Source: Bacteroidales bacterium (GTDB lineage Bacteria > Bacteroidota > Bacteroidia > Bacteroidales > UBA7332). Taken from it: a stretch of DNA of 64,000 nt. Positions 38,143 to 48,459 of the stretch are shown piece after piece (position 1 is the stretch's first letter; each line of letters starts with the position of its first letter). A program made the position numbers and the translations under genes. The stretch spans positions 21,099 through 85,098 of the forward strand of contig JAQTZA010000007.1 of the NCBI GenBank assembly GCA_028687995.1. The letters are read 5' to 3'. The notes beneath the pieces are model-generated. The model had not been told where the DNA came from and did not search any database. It worked only from the letters and a program-made list of their open reading frames with translations.

Positions 38143-39407
38143 AGGCACTAATGTTTGGATGGGAATTTCCACCCCATATTCTCGGAGGACTTGGCACTGC
38201 CAGTTTTGGTCTTACACGAGGAATGGTAGATTGTGGAGATATGGACATCACCTTCGTTATTCCTAAACCATGGGGAGATGAAGATAAAAGTTTTTTGAAG
38301 ATCATTGGTGCAAATTGCACACCGATTGCGTGGAGAGATCATTCTGAAGAGTATGTTCAACAACGCATCGGATATTGTACAGAACCAAAGGAGTATTTCC
38401 ATTTGAGAAATCACATCTATGCTGATTTCAACCATCTAGGATACTTGAATGATTTAGGTTGCATTGAGTTCTCGGGGCGCTATCCTGAGAATCTTTTAGA
38501 GGAGATAAACAACTATTCGATTGTGGCTGGAGTAATTGCCCGTTCCGACAATTTCGACGTCATTCATTCACACGATTGGCTCACATATCCCGCAGGAATT
38601 CACGCAAAAAAAGTAACTGGGAAACCGTTGGTCATTCACGTGCACGCAACCGATTTCGACCGAAGTAGAGGCAATGTCAACCCCACGGTATTTGGCATCG
38701 AAAAAGATGGAATGTATTGGGCTGACAAGATTATTACTGTGAGCGAAATGACAAGGCAAACTGTGATTGATAAATATCACATCGATCCGCGAAAAGTAAT
38801 TACTGTACACAATGCCGTGGAACCTGTAAGTCCGGAAATTGAAGCGATTGTTCCTATTCGGAATACGAAAGACAAGGTGGTTACCTTTTTAGGTCGCATC
38901 ACGATGCAAAAAGGACCAGAATATTTTGTTGAAGCAGCACATCGTGTATTGCAACGCACCAAAAACGTTCGTTTTGTAATGGCTGGTAGCGGTGACAAAA
39001 TGAATGAAATGATTCGACTTGCTTCGGCAAGAGGTATTGCTGATCGATTTCACTTCACCGGATTTTTGAAGGGAAAACAAGTATATGAAATGCTGAAATC
39101 GAGTGATGTTTACATCATGCCTTCGGTATCTGAGCCATTTGGCATTTCGCCTTTAGAAGCCATGCAAGTAGGCGTTCCAAGTATTATTTCGCATCAATCA
39201 GGTTGCGCCGAAATTCTTACTAATGTCATAAAAATTGACTATTGGGACATTGAAGCCATGGCAGATGCAATCTATTCCATTGTCACATACCCTGCTATGT
39301 ACGAACATTTGAAAATTGAGGGGAAAAACGAAGTTGATCAAATCGTGTGGGAAAAAGCAGGTCAGAAAGTTATCGACATCTACAAAGAGGTGTTAGGTTG
39401 GCGTTGA
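38139..39407 (+). CDS. Glycosyltransferase family 4 (glycogen synthase-like)
   Basis: FGWEFPPHILGGLG, HSHDWLT and PSVSEPFGISPLEAM. Confidence 0.92.
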   Translation: MKALMFGWEFPPHILGGLGTASFGLTRGMVDCGDMDITFVIPKPWGDEDKSFLKIIGANCTPIAWRDHSEEYVQQRIGYCTEPKEYFHLRNHIYADFNHLGYLNDLGCIEFSGRYPENLLEEINNYSIVAGVIARSDNFDVIHSHDWLTYPAGIHAKKVTGKPLVIHVHATDFDRSRGNVNPTVFGIEKDGMYWADKIITVSEMTRQTVIDKYHIDPRKVITVHNAVEPVSPEIEAIVPIRNTKDKVVTFLGRITMQKGPEYFVEAAHRVLQRTKNVRFVMAGSGDKMNEMIRLASARGIADRFHFTGFLKGKQVYEMLKSSDVYIMPSVSEPFGISPLEAMQVGVPSIISHQSGCAEILTNVIKIDYWDIEAMADAIYSIVTYPAMYEHLKIEGKNEVDQIVWEKAGQKVIDIYKEVLGWR

Positions 39408-39453
39408 TATTCCTCTAAATCAGAAAAAGAACAACATAAAAAAATTATATTCT

Positions 39454-40776
39454 ATGAAAACCATCTGTTTTTATTTTCAAATACACCAGCCTTTTCGTCT
39501 GAAACGTTATCGTTTTTTTGATATTGGCGGAGACCATTATTATTATGATGATTTCAACAATGAAGCCATCATTACTCGAATTGCCGAACGCTCCTACCGA
39601 CCAGCTCTGCAAACATTGAGTGAAATGATCGAAAATTCTGGGAAGAAATTCAAGGCAGCATTTTCGATTTCGGGAACAGCGTTAGAACAAATGGAAATTC
39701 ATGCACCTGAAGTGATTGAGTCACTTAAATCATTAGCAAAAACGGGTTGTATCGAGTTCTTGGCAGAAACCTATGCTCACTCTCTTTCATCTTTATACGA
39801 TGATGCGGAATTTGAGAGACAAGTAAAACTTCACTCTGCCAAAATTCAAAATCTATTTGGTCAAACGCCTGTCGTTTTTCGCAATACTGAGCTTATTTAT
39901 TCTGATGAAATAGGTGAGAAAATACAAAAAATGGGATTCAAAGGAGTGATGATAGAAGGTGCAAAGCATATTTTGGGTTGGAAGAGTCCAAACTTTGTTT
40001 ACAACTGTGCATCATCTCCAAAGTTGAAAATCTTGATGCGAAATTACCGTTTTAGCGATGATATTTCATTTCGATTCTCTAATCAAGGATGGAGCGGTTT
40101 TCCATTAACTGCTGAGAAATATATTGACTGGATAGCCTCAACTCCCGAAAACGAGACAAATATCAATCTGTTTATGAACTTCGACACCTTTGGTGAGTTT
40201 CAAACCAGAGAGAGTGGAATTTTCAATTTCTTGAAAGCCTTACCTCGATGTGCTGAAGAACGTAAAATAAATTTCAGAACTCCTAGTGAAATTTTTCAAA
40301 GCACCAAAGCGGTTGACAGCATCCATGTAATGCACAATATATCGTGGGCTGATGAAGAACGCGATACCAGCGCATGGTTAGGAAATCGCCTACAAAAAGA
40401 TGCTGCAGATAAACTCTATTCAATCAGCGAACGGGTGAGAATGAGTAAAGACCGTCGATTGATGCAAGATTGGAACTATCTTCAATCAAGTGATCATTTT
40501 TATTACATGAGCACGAAACACTCATCGGATGGAGCGGTTCATAGCCACTTTAGTCCGTATGATACACCATTCGATGCCTTTACAAACTATATGAACGTAT
40601 TGGGTGATTTTATTGCCCGTGTGAACGCTCAATTCCCAGATACAATAGAAAATGAAGAATTGAATGCTCTATTAACGACTATTCATAATCAAGATCACAA
40701 AATTATGGATCTTGAAGAGGAACTCAAAAAGTTGAAAGCAACAAAACGAAAAGAGTCGAAAGCTACGAAAGCTTGA
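39454..40776 (+). CDS. Glycoside hydrolase family 57 (alpha-amylase-like)
   Basis: FQIHQP, FRNTELIYSD, DTFGEFQ and QSSDHFYYM. Confidence 0.92.
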   Translation: MKTICFYFQIHQPFRLKRYRFFDIGGDHYYYDDFNNEAIITRIAERSYRPALQTLSEMIENSGKKFKAAFSISGTALEQMEIHAPEVIESLKSLAKTGCIEFLAETYAHSLSSLYDDAEFERQVKLHSAKIQNLFGQTPVVFRNTELIYSDEIGEKIQKMGFKGVMIEGAKHILGWKSPNFVYNCASSPKLKILMRNYRFSDDISFRFSNQGWSGFPLTAEKYIDWIASTPENETNINLFMNFDTFGEFQTRESGIFNFLKALPRCAEERKINFRTPSEIFQSTKAVDSIHVMHNISWADEERDTSAWLGNRLQKDAADKLYSISERVRMSKDRRLMQDWNYLQSSDHFYYMSTKHSSDGAVHSHFSPYDTPFDAFTNYMNVLGDFIARVNAQFPDTIENEELNALLTTIHNQDHKIMDLEEELKKLKATKRKESKATKA

Positions 40777-40783
40777 TGACAAA

Positions 40784-40817
40784 AAAAATGGTCAGAAAAT
40801 TAATTCTGACCATTTTT
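40784..40817. terminator. Bidirectional terminator
   Basis: AAAAATGGTCAGAA-aattaa-TTCTGACCATTTTT. Confidence 0.75.
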
Positions 40818-41261
40818 AATTTGATTTGGAATCGTTATTTTTTGAGGTATTTCCTCCATTCGAATAGGCCAATCAACATTCAACAGCGTTTCGGGATAAA
40901 GAAGAAAACGTAAATCTTCTGACTCTTCTACCTTCGCATTAGCGTGCCCGGTGGCGATTAATCCAATTTGCTTTGCGGCCACATAAGAGATATCTACAAT
41001 ACGTCCTCGTGCATAAGGCCCTCTGTCTGTAACACGTACAACTACAATTTTACCATTATCTATATTTGTGACTTTCAGTATTGTACCAAAATTATATGTT
41101 CGGTGAGCAGCGGTAAACATCCTCGGATTGTAACGTTCACCATTCGAAGTTTTTCGACCTTTCAATCGATTCGAATAGTAGGACACTTTACCATATTGCT
41201 GACCAAATGTAGGCAACAGGAAAATGAACAATAAGAAGGTTGCAGCGATGGAAAATCTCAT
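40800..41261 (-). CDS. rlpA: Septal ring lytic transglycosylase RlpA family
   Basis: SYY...TSNGERY...TAAHRT...VRVTDRGPY...IVDIS. Confidence 0.9.
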   Translation of the reverse strand: MRFSIAATFLLFIFLLPTFGQQYGKVSYYSNRLKGRKTSNGERYNPRMFTAAHRTYNFGTILKVTNIDNGKIVVVRVTDRGPYARGRIVDISYVAAKQIGLIATGHANAKVEESEDLRFLLYPETLLNVDWPIRMEEIPQKITIPNQIKNGQN

Positions 41262-41304
41262 TCAACTCTGTGATAGTTTTCACAAAGATAAAAAATCCTC
41301 GTCA

Positions 41305-42639
41305 TCACACAATACCTTGAGCCATCATTGCACGTGCTACTTTCATAAATCCAGCAATATTTGCGCCTTTCATGTAGTTGATATAACCATCCGGCTCTTT
41401 GCCGTATTTCACACATTGATCATGAATACTGACCATGATTTGTTTCAATTTGGCATCAACCTCTTCAGCGGTCCACGAGATGTGCATCGCGTTTTGCGTC
41501 ATCTCCAAACCTGATGTGGCTACACCTCCTGCATTCACTGCTTTTCCAGGGCCGTAAAGTAATTTATGTACAATAAACATATCTATCGCTTCGGGTGTAC
41601 ATCCCATATTAGAAATTTCAGCTACGCAAGTCACGCCATTGGCAATCAACATTTTAGCATCATTAGCATCCACCTCATTTTGAGTGGCACAAGGCAATGC
41701 AATATCTACTTTTTGTTCCCAAGGACGTTTTCCGGCAAAGAATTGAACGCCAAATTCATCAGCATATGGCTTCACTTCATCGTTAGCTGTGGCTCTGAGT
41801 TCGAGCATATAATCAATTTTTTCACCAGAAATTCCGTCTGGATCATACACATAACCATCTGGGCCTGAAATAGTGACAACCTTTGCGCCCATCTCCGTAG
41901 CCTTGATAGCTGCACCCCACGCCACATTGCCAAATCCTGAAATAGCTACCGTTTTTCCTTTGATATCGATGCCTTTATCGTGCAACATTTGATTGACGAA
42001 ATAGAGTCCACCGAAACCTGTTGCCTCGGGTCGAATCAACGAACCGCCGAATTCCAATCCTTTTCCTGTGAATGTGCCGGTATTTTTCCGAACTAATTTG
42101 CGATACATACCATAAATATAGCCAATCTCACGTGCTCCAACGCCAATATCACCTGCGGGAATATCGGTATCAGGACCTACATGACGCCATAGTTCGAGCA
42201 TAAATGCCTGACAGAAACGCATTACTTCGTTATCCGATTTGCCTTTGGGATTGAAGTCGCTTCCTCCTTTGGCACCACCCATGGGCAATGTCGTCAGCGA
42301 GTTCTTGAATGTTTGTTCGAAGCCTAGAAACTTCAGAATGGAGAGATTCACCGATGGATGAAAGCGCAATCCACCTTTGTAGGGGCCAATGGCATTATTA
42401 AACTGAATACGATAGCCGATATTCAGTTGCACTTCGCCTCTATCGTCCACCCACGGCACTTTGAAGGTGAAAATACGATCTGGCTCAACCAATCGTTCTA
42501 TGATTTTCGCCTTTTCGAATTCCGGATGCTGATTATAAATATCTTCAATGGAAAGTAAAACCTCTTTAACTGCTTGCAGAAACTCTGCCTCTCCTGGGTG
42601 TCTTGCCTCCAGGTCGTACATGATTTGATTGATCTTCAT
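41305..42639 (-). CDS. gdhA: NADP-specific glutamate dehydrogenase
   Basis: GPYKGGLRFH, LPMGGAKGGSDF, RPEATG and GFGNVAWG. Confidence 0.97.
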   Translation of the reverse strand: MKINQIMYDLEARHPGEAEFLQAVKEVLLSIEDIYNQHPEFEKAKIIERLVEPDRIFTFKVPWVDDRGEVQLNIGYRIQFNNAIGPYKGGLRFHPSVNLSILKFLGFEQTFKNSLTTLPMGGAKGGSDFNPKGKSDNEVMRFCQAFMLELWRHVGPDTDIPAGDIGVGAREIGYIYGMYRKLVRKNTGTFTGKGLEFGGSLIRPEATGFGGLYFVNQMLHDKGIDIKGKTVAISGFGNVAWGAAIKATEMGAKVVTISGPDGYVYDPDGISGEKIDYMLELRATANDEVKPYADEFGVQFFAGKRPWEQKVDIALPCATQNEVDANDAKMLIANGVTCVAEISNMGCTPEAIDMFIVHKLLYGPGKAVNAGGVATSGLEMTQNAMHISWTAEEVDAKLKQIMVSIHDQCVKYGKEPDGYINYMKGANIAGFMKVARAMMAQGIV

Positions 42640-43159
42640 TTGGAATAAATTTTAGGTTATCACAAATATAAATCTAATTCCTGTTAAACATCCATTTTAT
42701 AAAAGAGATTTCCCCTAAAAAGAGTTCGATTTCACTTAAGAATCATTCGTTTTGCTTTTATTAATAAAATGAATGAATGAGGGTGATAAACTTACAATCT
42801 AAAAGAAAATTATCCGACTTAATAGAAAAGTCATTAGTAAACTACAGTTCCTTCACAGAAAAATGATTTCCCTTCTGGGAAATTCAATTTCCTATTTGGA
42901 GAATTTAAATTTACATGTCGTTATTAAAATTTCTTTCAATGAGATGGCTTTAGCAACGTGAGAAATGCTTTCCATCAGATAGTGAATAACATTAGTAACA
43001 TAGAAGATTGAATTTCGTTTGTGTATTACCACATAGACCCAAAATACAATGCACCCCTACATCCTAAGTGAGAGAATTAAGAATAAGGCTTCACCTGTAG
43101 TTGATTTAAAAAAGTAGATTAAATCCCATTAGTTATTGGGATTCCTTCGACGTAAGGTA

Positions 43160-43456
43160 TTATAGATTCCATGATTTGTTATTTCGCCTTCCATCCAATA
43201 TTGTTAATACTATAAGCGTTGTACTATTTGCTTCATAGATTAACAAATAATCACGAATAATCTTTACTCTGACGTTTTCAAAAGTAGTTTTTCGCCCCGT
43301 TTCAGGATAACGAGCAGTTAATCGTAGTGATTCCTGTATAAGTTTATTCAGCTTTATACTGTAACCTTTCGACTGAGTTCGTTCTATCCAATAAGCTAGT
43401 ATTTCTCTTCGCTCTTCATTGGCTTTATGTGTCCAAACTATTTTCCGTTTAGCCAT
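43160..43456 (-). CDS. RelE/ParE family toxin
   Basis: IVWTHKANEE...YPETGR...RVKIIRDYLLIY...ILDGRRN. Confidence 0.85.
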   Translation of the reverse strand: MAKRKIVWTHKANEERREILAYWIERTQSKGYSIKLNKLIQESLRLTARYPETGRKTTFENVRVKIIRDYLLIYEANSTTLIVLTILDGRRNNKSWNL

Positions 43457-43674
43457 TGATCGATCGAATCGTCTGCTTGTTGTTCAGATAATACATTTCC
43501 AGCAATATACTCTGACTTTGCCTCGCTAACTCTTTGTTGTTGTTGCGGACTGAGGTTATACGGTTCTTTGCTGAGTTCGAAATCAAGCAATTTACAAAGC
43601 TCCTCAATAATAGAGGGTTCATCCGTGTTTGCTATGCGATTAATTAAATCTATTTTTAATTCTGCTGTACTCAT
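43438..43674 (-). CDS. Cognate antitoxin (putative)
   Basis: Small acidic ORF directly upstream of and overlapping the toxin gene: MSTAELKIDLINRI...LSPQQQQRVSEA. Confidence 0.75.
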   Translation of the reverse strand: MSTAELKIDLINRIANTDEPSIIEELCKLLDFELSKEPYNLSPQQQQRVSEAKSEYIAGNVLSEQQADDSIDQWLNGK

Positions 43675-44011
43675 TGCGCTTATTATGGATGTATTTGTTT
43701 CCTTACAAAAATAATATTTATTTCTCAATTGATTCTTTAAGTCCTTATATTTTGGAACATTTTTGATTTAATATAAAAAGGGAAAACTTGCAAATCTGCC
43801 TTTTCTCCATTATCATTCAACCATGTCATATACTGTAAAACATGAAGTTTGTAACTTCAAAAACAGGCACAGATCTAAGATGCAGAGAAGCGGTACTGTT
43901 AAAATTAAAAACAAGACTTGTCCCGAGCAGCGAGAAGTTACGTTGCGCTAAGAGGGGCAGTTGTTTTTTCATGGTTTGGTTAATATTTATTGTTTCAAAA
44001 TCAAGCATTTG

Positions 44012-46723
44012 TCACATTGCCACTTTCACTGTTTTCGCACCAACCTTTATCAAGTAGATTGCGCCTTTACGAAGCGAGAATCTAAGTTGTTCGCCTTGCG
44101 AAATTGCTGACTTAAGCATAACACCGAATAGATTATAAACTTCAACTCGTTCATCAGATTCAACGCCTTCGACTACAACATCTGATACTTGCGTGAAGAT
44201 TCTGTATCTATTTTGATGGACTGGCTGAATGCCATTTGCATTTCTCCAAGCGTAAACAGATATTGAAGTGACTGAATCTTTAGGAAATTCAACTATGCGA
44301 TTAGGCTGATCTTTTCCTGTCTCATCTACTTCTGCATCATTCCAAGTCAGACCGTTATACAGTCGATAGTTCATCACATAAACATCTTTTGCGGTAAAAG
44401 AAAAAGTCCCATCTTGGTTTTTGATTCCAAGCTGACTATTCTCAATTTTCCAACCTAAGAAACTCCCTTGGAGCCAACATTCTATTGTTCCCGTCGGAAC
44501 AGTTGCTTTTATCTTGATTGTTCCTAATTTAGCTTTATCATAAATATAGTCAAAGCTTGAGATTGTTTCTACAGTAGTAGTATCTCCCCAAGATGGAAAA
44601 TAAAAATTCTCTTTTTTGGACTGTTGATAATCCCAGGTTGGACCCGCACAAAATCGATATTGAAGTGAACGCAAATCATCAGTCCAAATTCGAAGAGAAA
44701 AGAGCTTGCCAGAGGCGTTTGTTTCTACCAACTTCATCTTTGTAGAATCAGTAGGAAGTGCCCAACTACAGAAGTTTCCAACTAAATAGAGCTCATTTAC
44801 TGATGATGAAACTTGTGCTTTTATTGTCACATAACCAGGGAATACAAGAGGGGGTGGAAAAAAGACTGGCCATTTTAATACAGTATCTTGTTCATGATAA
44901 CTTCTATCCAGAATTTCTACACCACTCGCTGCTTTTTCTACACATCCCCAATCACCTCCACACTGTAAATATTTGTATTGAATATTTGATACATTAACTG
45001 TTTTGTCGGTGAATTCAGCTTCGTTTATGGTCAAAATATAATGGTGAGCATCGACTTTTGACATTTGGTACTTGTTGTTGTTCCAACCACAGAAATTACC
45101 AACTATCCAACACTGGTATGTTCCATCAGGTACAGTCACATTGAATGTAATAAATTTCCCACCAGTAGTGTTAAGTGTTGAAACAACGAATTTATCACTC
45201 TCTAATGAATTATGACCAAAAGCATCTCTTGCAATCACTGTGAATGAATAAGTTGTATTAGGAAGAAGTCCAGTTACTTCTATCAATTCAGATGTAGTCA
45301 TTTTATAAAATACGCCATTTTTATACACGTCATAGGACACAACACCTGTGTCGTCTGTGGATGGATTCCATTGAAGGGTAACAGAGTTTGCCGCTACTTT
45401 TATACTAGAAAGGACAGATGGTTGAGTTGGTGGCTGTGTATCAATATTTGCAGTTTTTACAATCAATTTCGCACTTTCTATCGATTTATTTCCTGCTGCA
45501 TCCCGTGCTACTACGGTAAAAGAGTAACTGGTATTCTGTTTAAGATTCAATACAGATGTCCATGTACTCGTTGTGTTAATATAAAACACACCATCCTTAT
45601 ACACATCATAACTTATCACAGAAACATTATCAGTTGAAGCATTCCAGCTCAGTGTAATCGAGTTTAAAGTGGCAAGTGTAAAAATTAATTCTGTTGGTTG
45701 ACTCGGTGCTTGTTTATCGATATACGGAGTGTAGCCATTTTTCCAACCTTTAACGGTTATGGTTGTTTGTGCATCAGCTGGATAAGATAACTTCCGATTA
45801 GCTCTTTCATAACCCAAAGAATCAATTTCGGGATAATCCCAAGCAGGTTTATTATATAGGCGATACTCCATTTGCATAACTTGCTTAACGGTGTATTTAA
45901 ACTTGCCATCAGTAACTTTCGTACACAATTGTGCTGAAGGATTATTCCAGTTCCAATTATACAAACTCCCTTGAATCCAAACGCTATCAGTGCCAAGAGG
46001 TACATTAATCGTCATATTTACATCTCCAAGTTTGGTAGAATCATAGATTGCTTTGAAACTCGAAATCAACACAAAATCCTCACTCAGAATAGGATCAGAC
46101 ATCATAAAGTTTGCAGATTCAGTTTGTTCGTAATCCCAAGCAGGTCCCGCACAAAATTTATATTGCAATTTTTGCGCATCATTTGTCCAGATTTTCAAAG
46201 AGAAGTGTTTTCCCGAAGCGTTTGTTTCCACCAACTTCATTTTTGTAGAGTCCGTTGGCAACGACCAACTACAGAAGTTCCCGACCAAATAGAGTTCGTT
46301 AATTGTTGAAGGAACCTGTGCGTTTATAGTTACGAAGCCCTTAATTGGCTCATACCCACAAAAGCATTGGGCCCAACTTAAGACTGTATCTCGTTCATGA
46401 TAACTTCTATCCGGAATTTCAGATCCATCTGCACTTTTTTCCACATAAGCCCAATCACCACCACCTTTCAAATATTTGTATCGAATATTTGAAAGATTAA
46501 CTGTTTGATCTGAGAAATCAGATTCATTAATTGTTAATGTGTAATGGTTGGCATCGACTTTTGTCATTTGATGTTTGTTGTTGTTCCAACCACAGAAATT
46601 GCCTGCAATCCAGCACTGGTATGTTTCAGAAGGCACTGTTACATTAAACGTGACCGCATCAAGCCTAAGGCTAAACAAGAAAAAGCTCAAAAGAGCGAGC
46701 AAAGGAAGAAGATGTTTTTTCAT
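44012..46723 (-). CDS. Secreted multi-module protein: 3x CBM20-like, 2x Fn3, 3x CBM20-like, T9SS-type CTD
   Basis: Signal peptide; a duplicated block of TFNVTVP...WIxGNFCGW...YKY...W..VEK..G.EI.DR-type modules; two chitinase-type Fn3 domains (APSQPT...SWNASTDN...YDVY); CTD VEVYNLFG...GAIYLIKVG. Confidence 0.78.
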   Translation of the reverse strand: MKKHLLPLLALLSFFLFSLRLDAVTFNVTVPSETYQCWIAGNFCGWNNNKHQMTKVDANHYTLTINESDFSDQTVNLSNIRYKYLKGGGDWAYVEKSADGSEIPDRSYHERDTVLSWAQCFCGYEPIKGFVTINAQVPSTINELYLVGNFCSWSLPTDSTKMKLVETNASGKHFSLKIWTNDAQKLQYKFCAGPAWDYEQTESANFMMSDPILSEDFVLISSFKAIYDSTKLGDVNMTINVPLGTDSVWIQGSLYNWNWNNPSAQLCTKVTDGKFKYTVKQVMQMEYRLYNKPAWDYPEIDSLGYERANRKLSYPADAQTTITVKGWKNGYTPYIDKQAPSQPTELIFTLATLNSITLSWNASTDNVSVISYDVYKDGVFYINTTSTWTSVLNLKQNTSYSFTVVARDAAGNKSIESAKLIVKTANIDTQPPTQPSVLSSIKVAANSVTLQWNPSTDDTGVVSYDVYKNGVFYKMTTSELIEVTGLLPNTTYSFTVIARDAFGHNSLESDKFVVSTLNTTGGKFITFNVTVPDGTYQCWIVGNFCGWNNNKYQMSKVDAHHYILTINEAEFTDKTVNVSNIQYKYLQCGGDWGCVEKAASGVEILDRSYHEQDTVLKWPVFFPPPLVFPGYVTIKAQVSSSVNELYLVGNFCSWALPTDSTKMKLVETNASGKLFSLRIWTDDLRSLQYRFCAGPTWDYQQSKKENFYFPSWGDTTTVETISSFDYIYDKAKLGTIKIKATVPTGTIECWLQGSFLGWKIENSQLGIKNQDGTFSFTAKDVYVMNYRLYNGLTWNDAEVDETGKDQPNRIVEFPKDSVTSISVYAWRNANGIQPVHQNRYRIFTQVSDVVVEGVESDERVEVYNLFGVMLKSAISQGEQLRFSLRKGAIYLIKVGAKTVKVAM

Positions 46724-46869
46724 GGCGGATAGTGTATGTGGTTAAAATATACTGCACAACAAGATGTAAACTATTCAGAACGAATAGAGACACAAATATA
46801 CTCATCTGTTTCTAATAAACAAATAAATTTTACCGAAAATAAATGGATAAATAGAAAGAAAGTAGCAGA

Positions 46870-48429
46870 TTATACGCCCATCATCGCCGCCACCGCCTCA
46901 GCCGTCCGTTCTCCATCTATTGCTGATGAGACGATACCCCCGGCGTAACCTGCTCCTTCGCCGCATGGATAAAGTCCTTTGAAAACAATATGCTGAAACG
47001 ACTCCCGATCACGTGGAATACGCACCGGAGAGGAGGTCCGCGACTCAACACCAATCATCACCGCATCGTTTGTCAAGAAACCGCGAGAGTTTCGTCCAAA
47101 TTGTTGAAATCCATCCCGCAGTCTATCGGTGATAGCTTTCGGCATCCAGTCGACAAATCGGGTATCGGTCAACCCCGGAGCGTAGGATGTATCGGGTAAG
47201 GAGCTGGAAGAACGGTTGTTCACAAAATCATCCATTCGTTGCGCTGGGGCAGATTGTCGTTTGCCACCTTGCACCCAACTATCGTATTCGAATTGCTCTT
47301 GAAATTTCAGCAACGCCAACTCTCCATGTTTAGCATATTGCGGAAAGTCTTCGGGACGAACTTCCACCACCATGCCGGCATTCGCAAACTTAGATCCCCG
47401 ACGTGAAGCTGACATTCCGTTCACTACTACTTGTTCGGGACCACTGGCTGCCGGTACGACCACACCACCGGGACACATACAAAAGCTGTAAACACCCCGG
47501 TCTTTCGCTTGTGCCACCAAGCTATATTCAGCCGCTGGCAAATACTCTCCACGTCCTTGCGGCGAATGGTATTGGATCTGATCAATCAGTGGCTGCGGAT
47601 GCTCTAATCGTACACCAACGGCAAATCCTTTCGATTCGAGGTGAATCGCCTTGCGCTTCAACAGATAATATACATCGCGCGCAGAATGACCGGTCGCCAA
47701 AATAACCGAACCCAGAAATTGATTTCCTGTATTGGTTTCAATGCCCAATATCGAATTGTTTTCAATGATTAAATTATCCATTCGAGTACCGAAATGTACT
47801 TCGCCACCAGAATTGACAATCTGCTGACGCATTTTTTTTATCACAGCGGGCAATTTATCGGTTCCGATGTGAGGATGAGCATCAGCCAGAATAGTCGGAT
47901 TGGCACCGAACTGACAAAAAATATTGAGAATTCGATCCACTGAACCCCGCTTTTTGCTTCGGGTATAGAGTTTTCCATCGGAAAAGGCGCCTGCTCCACC
48001 TTCGCCAAACGAGTAGTTTGATTCTGGATCGACAATGTGCTCGCGACTAATCAAACCAATATCGCGCTTACGTTCGTTGACGTTTTTGCCTCGTTCGATG
48101 ACGATGGGCTTTAACCCAAGTTCGATTAAACGCAAAGCTGCGAATAATCCTGCTGGCCCTGCTCCTACCACAATCACTTGTTTCGCGTTCGACACGTCTT
48201 TGTATTCGTTCCGTTGAATCAAATCACCTTGTGGCTCTTCGTTCACAAAAACCTGCAACTTCACATTAATAAATATCGACCGTTGGCGCGCATCAATAGA
48301 ACGCTTCAACACGCGAATCGCAGTGATTTCACCAACAGAAATGGACGTTTCGCGAGCCACAGCTTGTTTAAGAGAATCCTCAGAAGCAGCTTCTTGAGGA
48401 GTTATTCGGAGTTGTATTTCTTTTTGCAT
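46870..48429 (-). CDS. FAD-dependent oxidoreductase (uncharacterised dehydrogenase family)
   Basis: GAGPAG, GEGGAGAFSDGKL, ATGHSARD, FCMCPGG and GEGAGYAGGIVSSAIDG. Confidence 0.9.
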   Translation of the reverse strand: MQKEIQLRITPQEAASEDSLKQAVARETSISVGEITAIRVLKRSIDARQRSIFINVKLQVFVNEEPQGDLIQRNEYKDVSNAKQVIVVGAGPAGLFAALRLIELGLKPIVIERGKNVNERKRDIGLISREHIVDPESNYSFGEGGAGAFSDGKLYTRSKKRGSVDRILNIFCQFGANPTILADAHPHIGTDKLPAVIKKMRQQIVNSGGEVHFGTRMDNLIIENNSILGIETNTGNQFLGSVILATGHSARDVYYLLKRKAIHLESKGFAVGVRLEHPQPLIDQIQYHSPQGRGEYLPAAEYSLVAQAKDRGVYSFCMCPGGVVVPAASGPEQVVVNGMSASRRGSKFANAGMVVEVRPEDFPQYAKHGELALLKFQEQFEYDSWVQGGKRQSAPAQRMDDFVNNRSSSSLPDTSYAPGLTDTRFVDWMPKAITDRLRDGFQQFGRNSRGFLTNDAVMIGVESRTSSPVRIPRDRESFQHIVFKGLYPCGEGAGYAGGIVSSAIDGERTAEAVAAMMGV

Positions 48430-48459
48430 AAATTTAATTGGTAACGAAAAATAAATGAA

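Noticed and set aside
36184-40776. Debranching enzyme-GT4-GH57 cluster
   Set aside because: This is the common Bacteroidota glycogen-metabolism arrangement and is not novel.
42640-43159. 520-bp intergenic region upstream of gdhA
   Set aside because: It is AT-rich with only one weak hairpin, and no ORF, repeat array or recognisable RNA motif.
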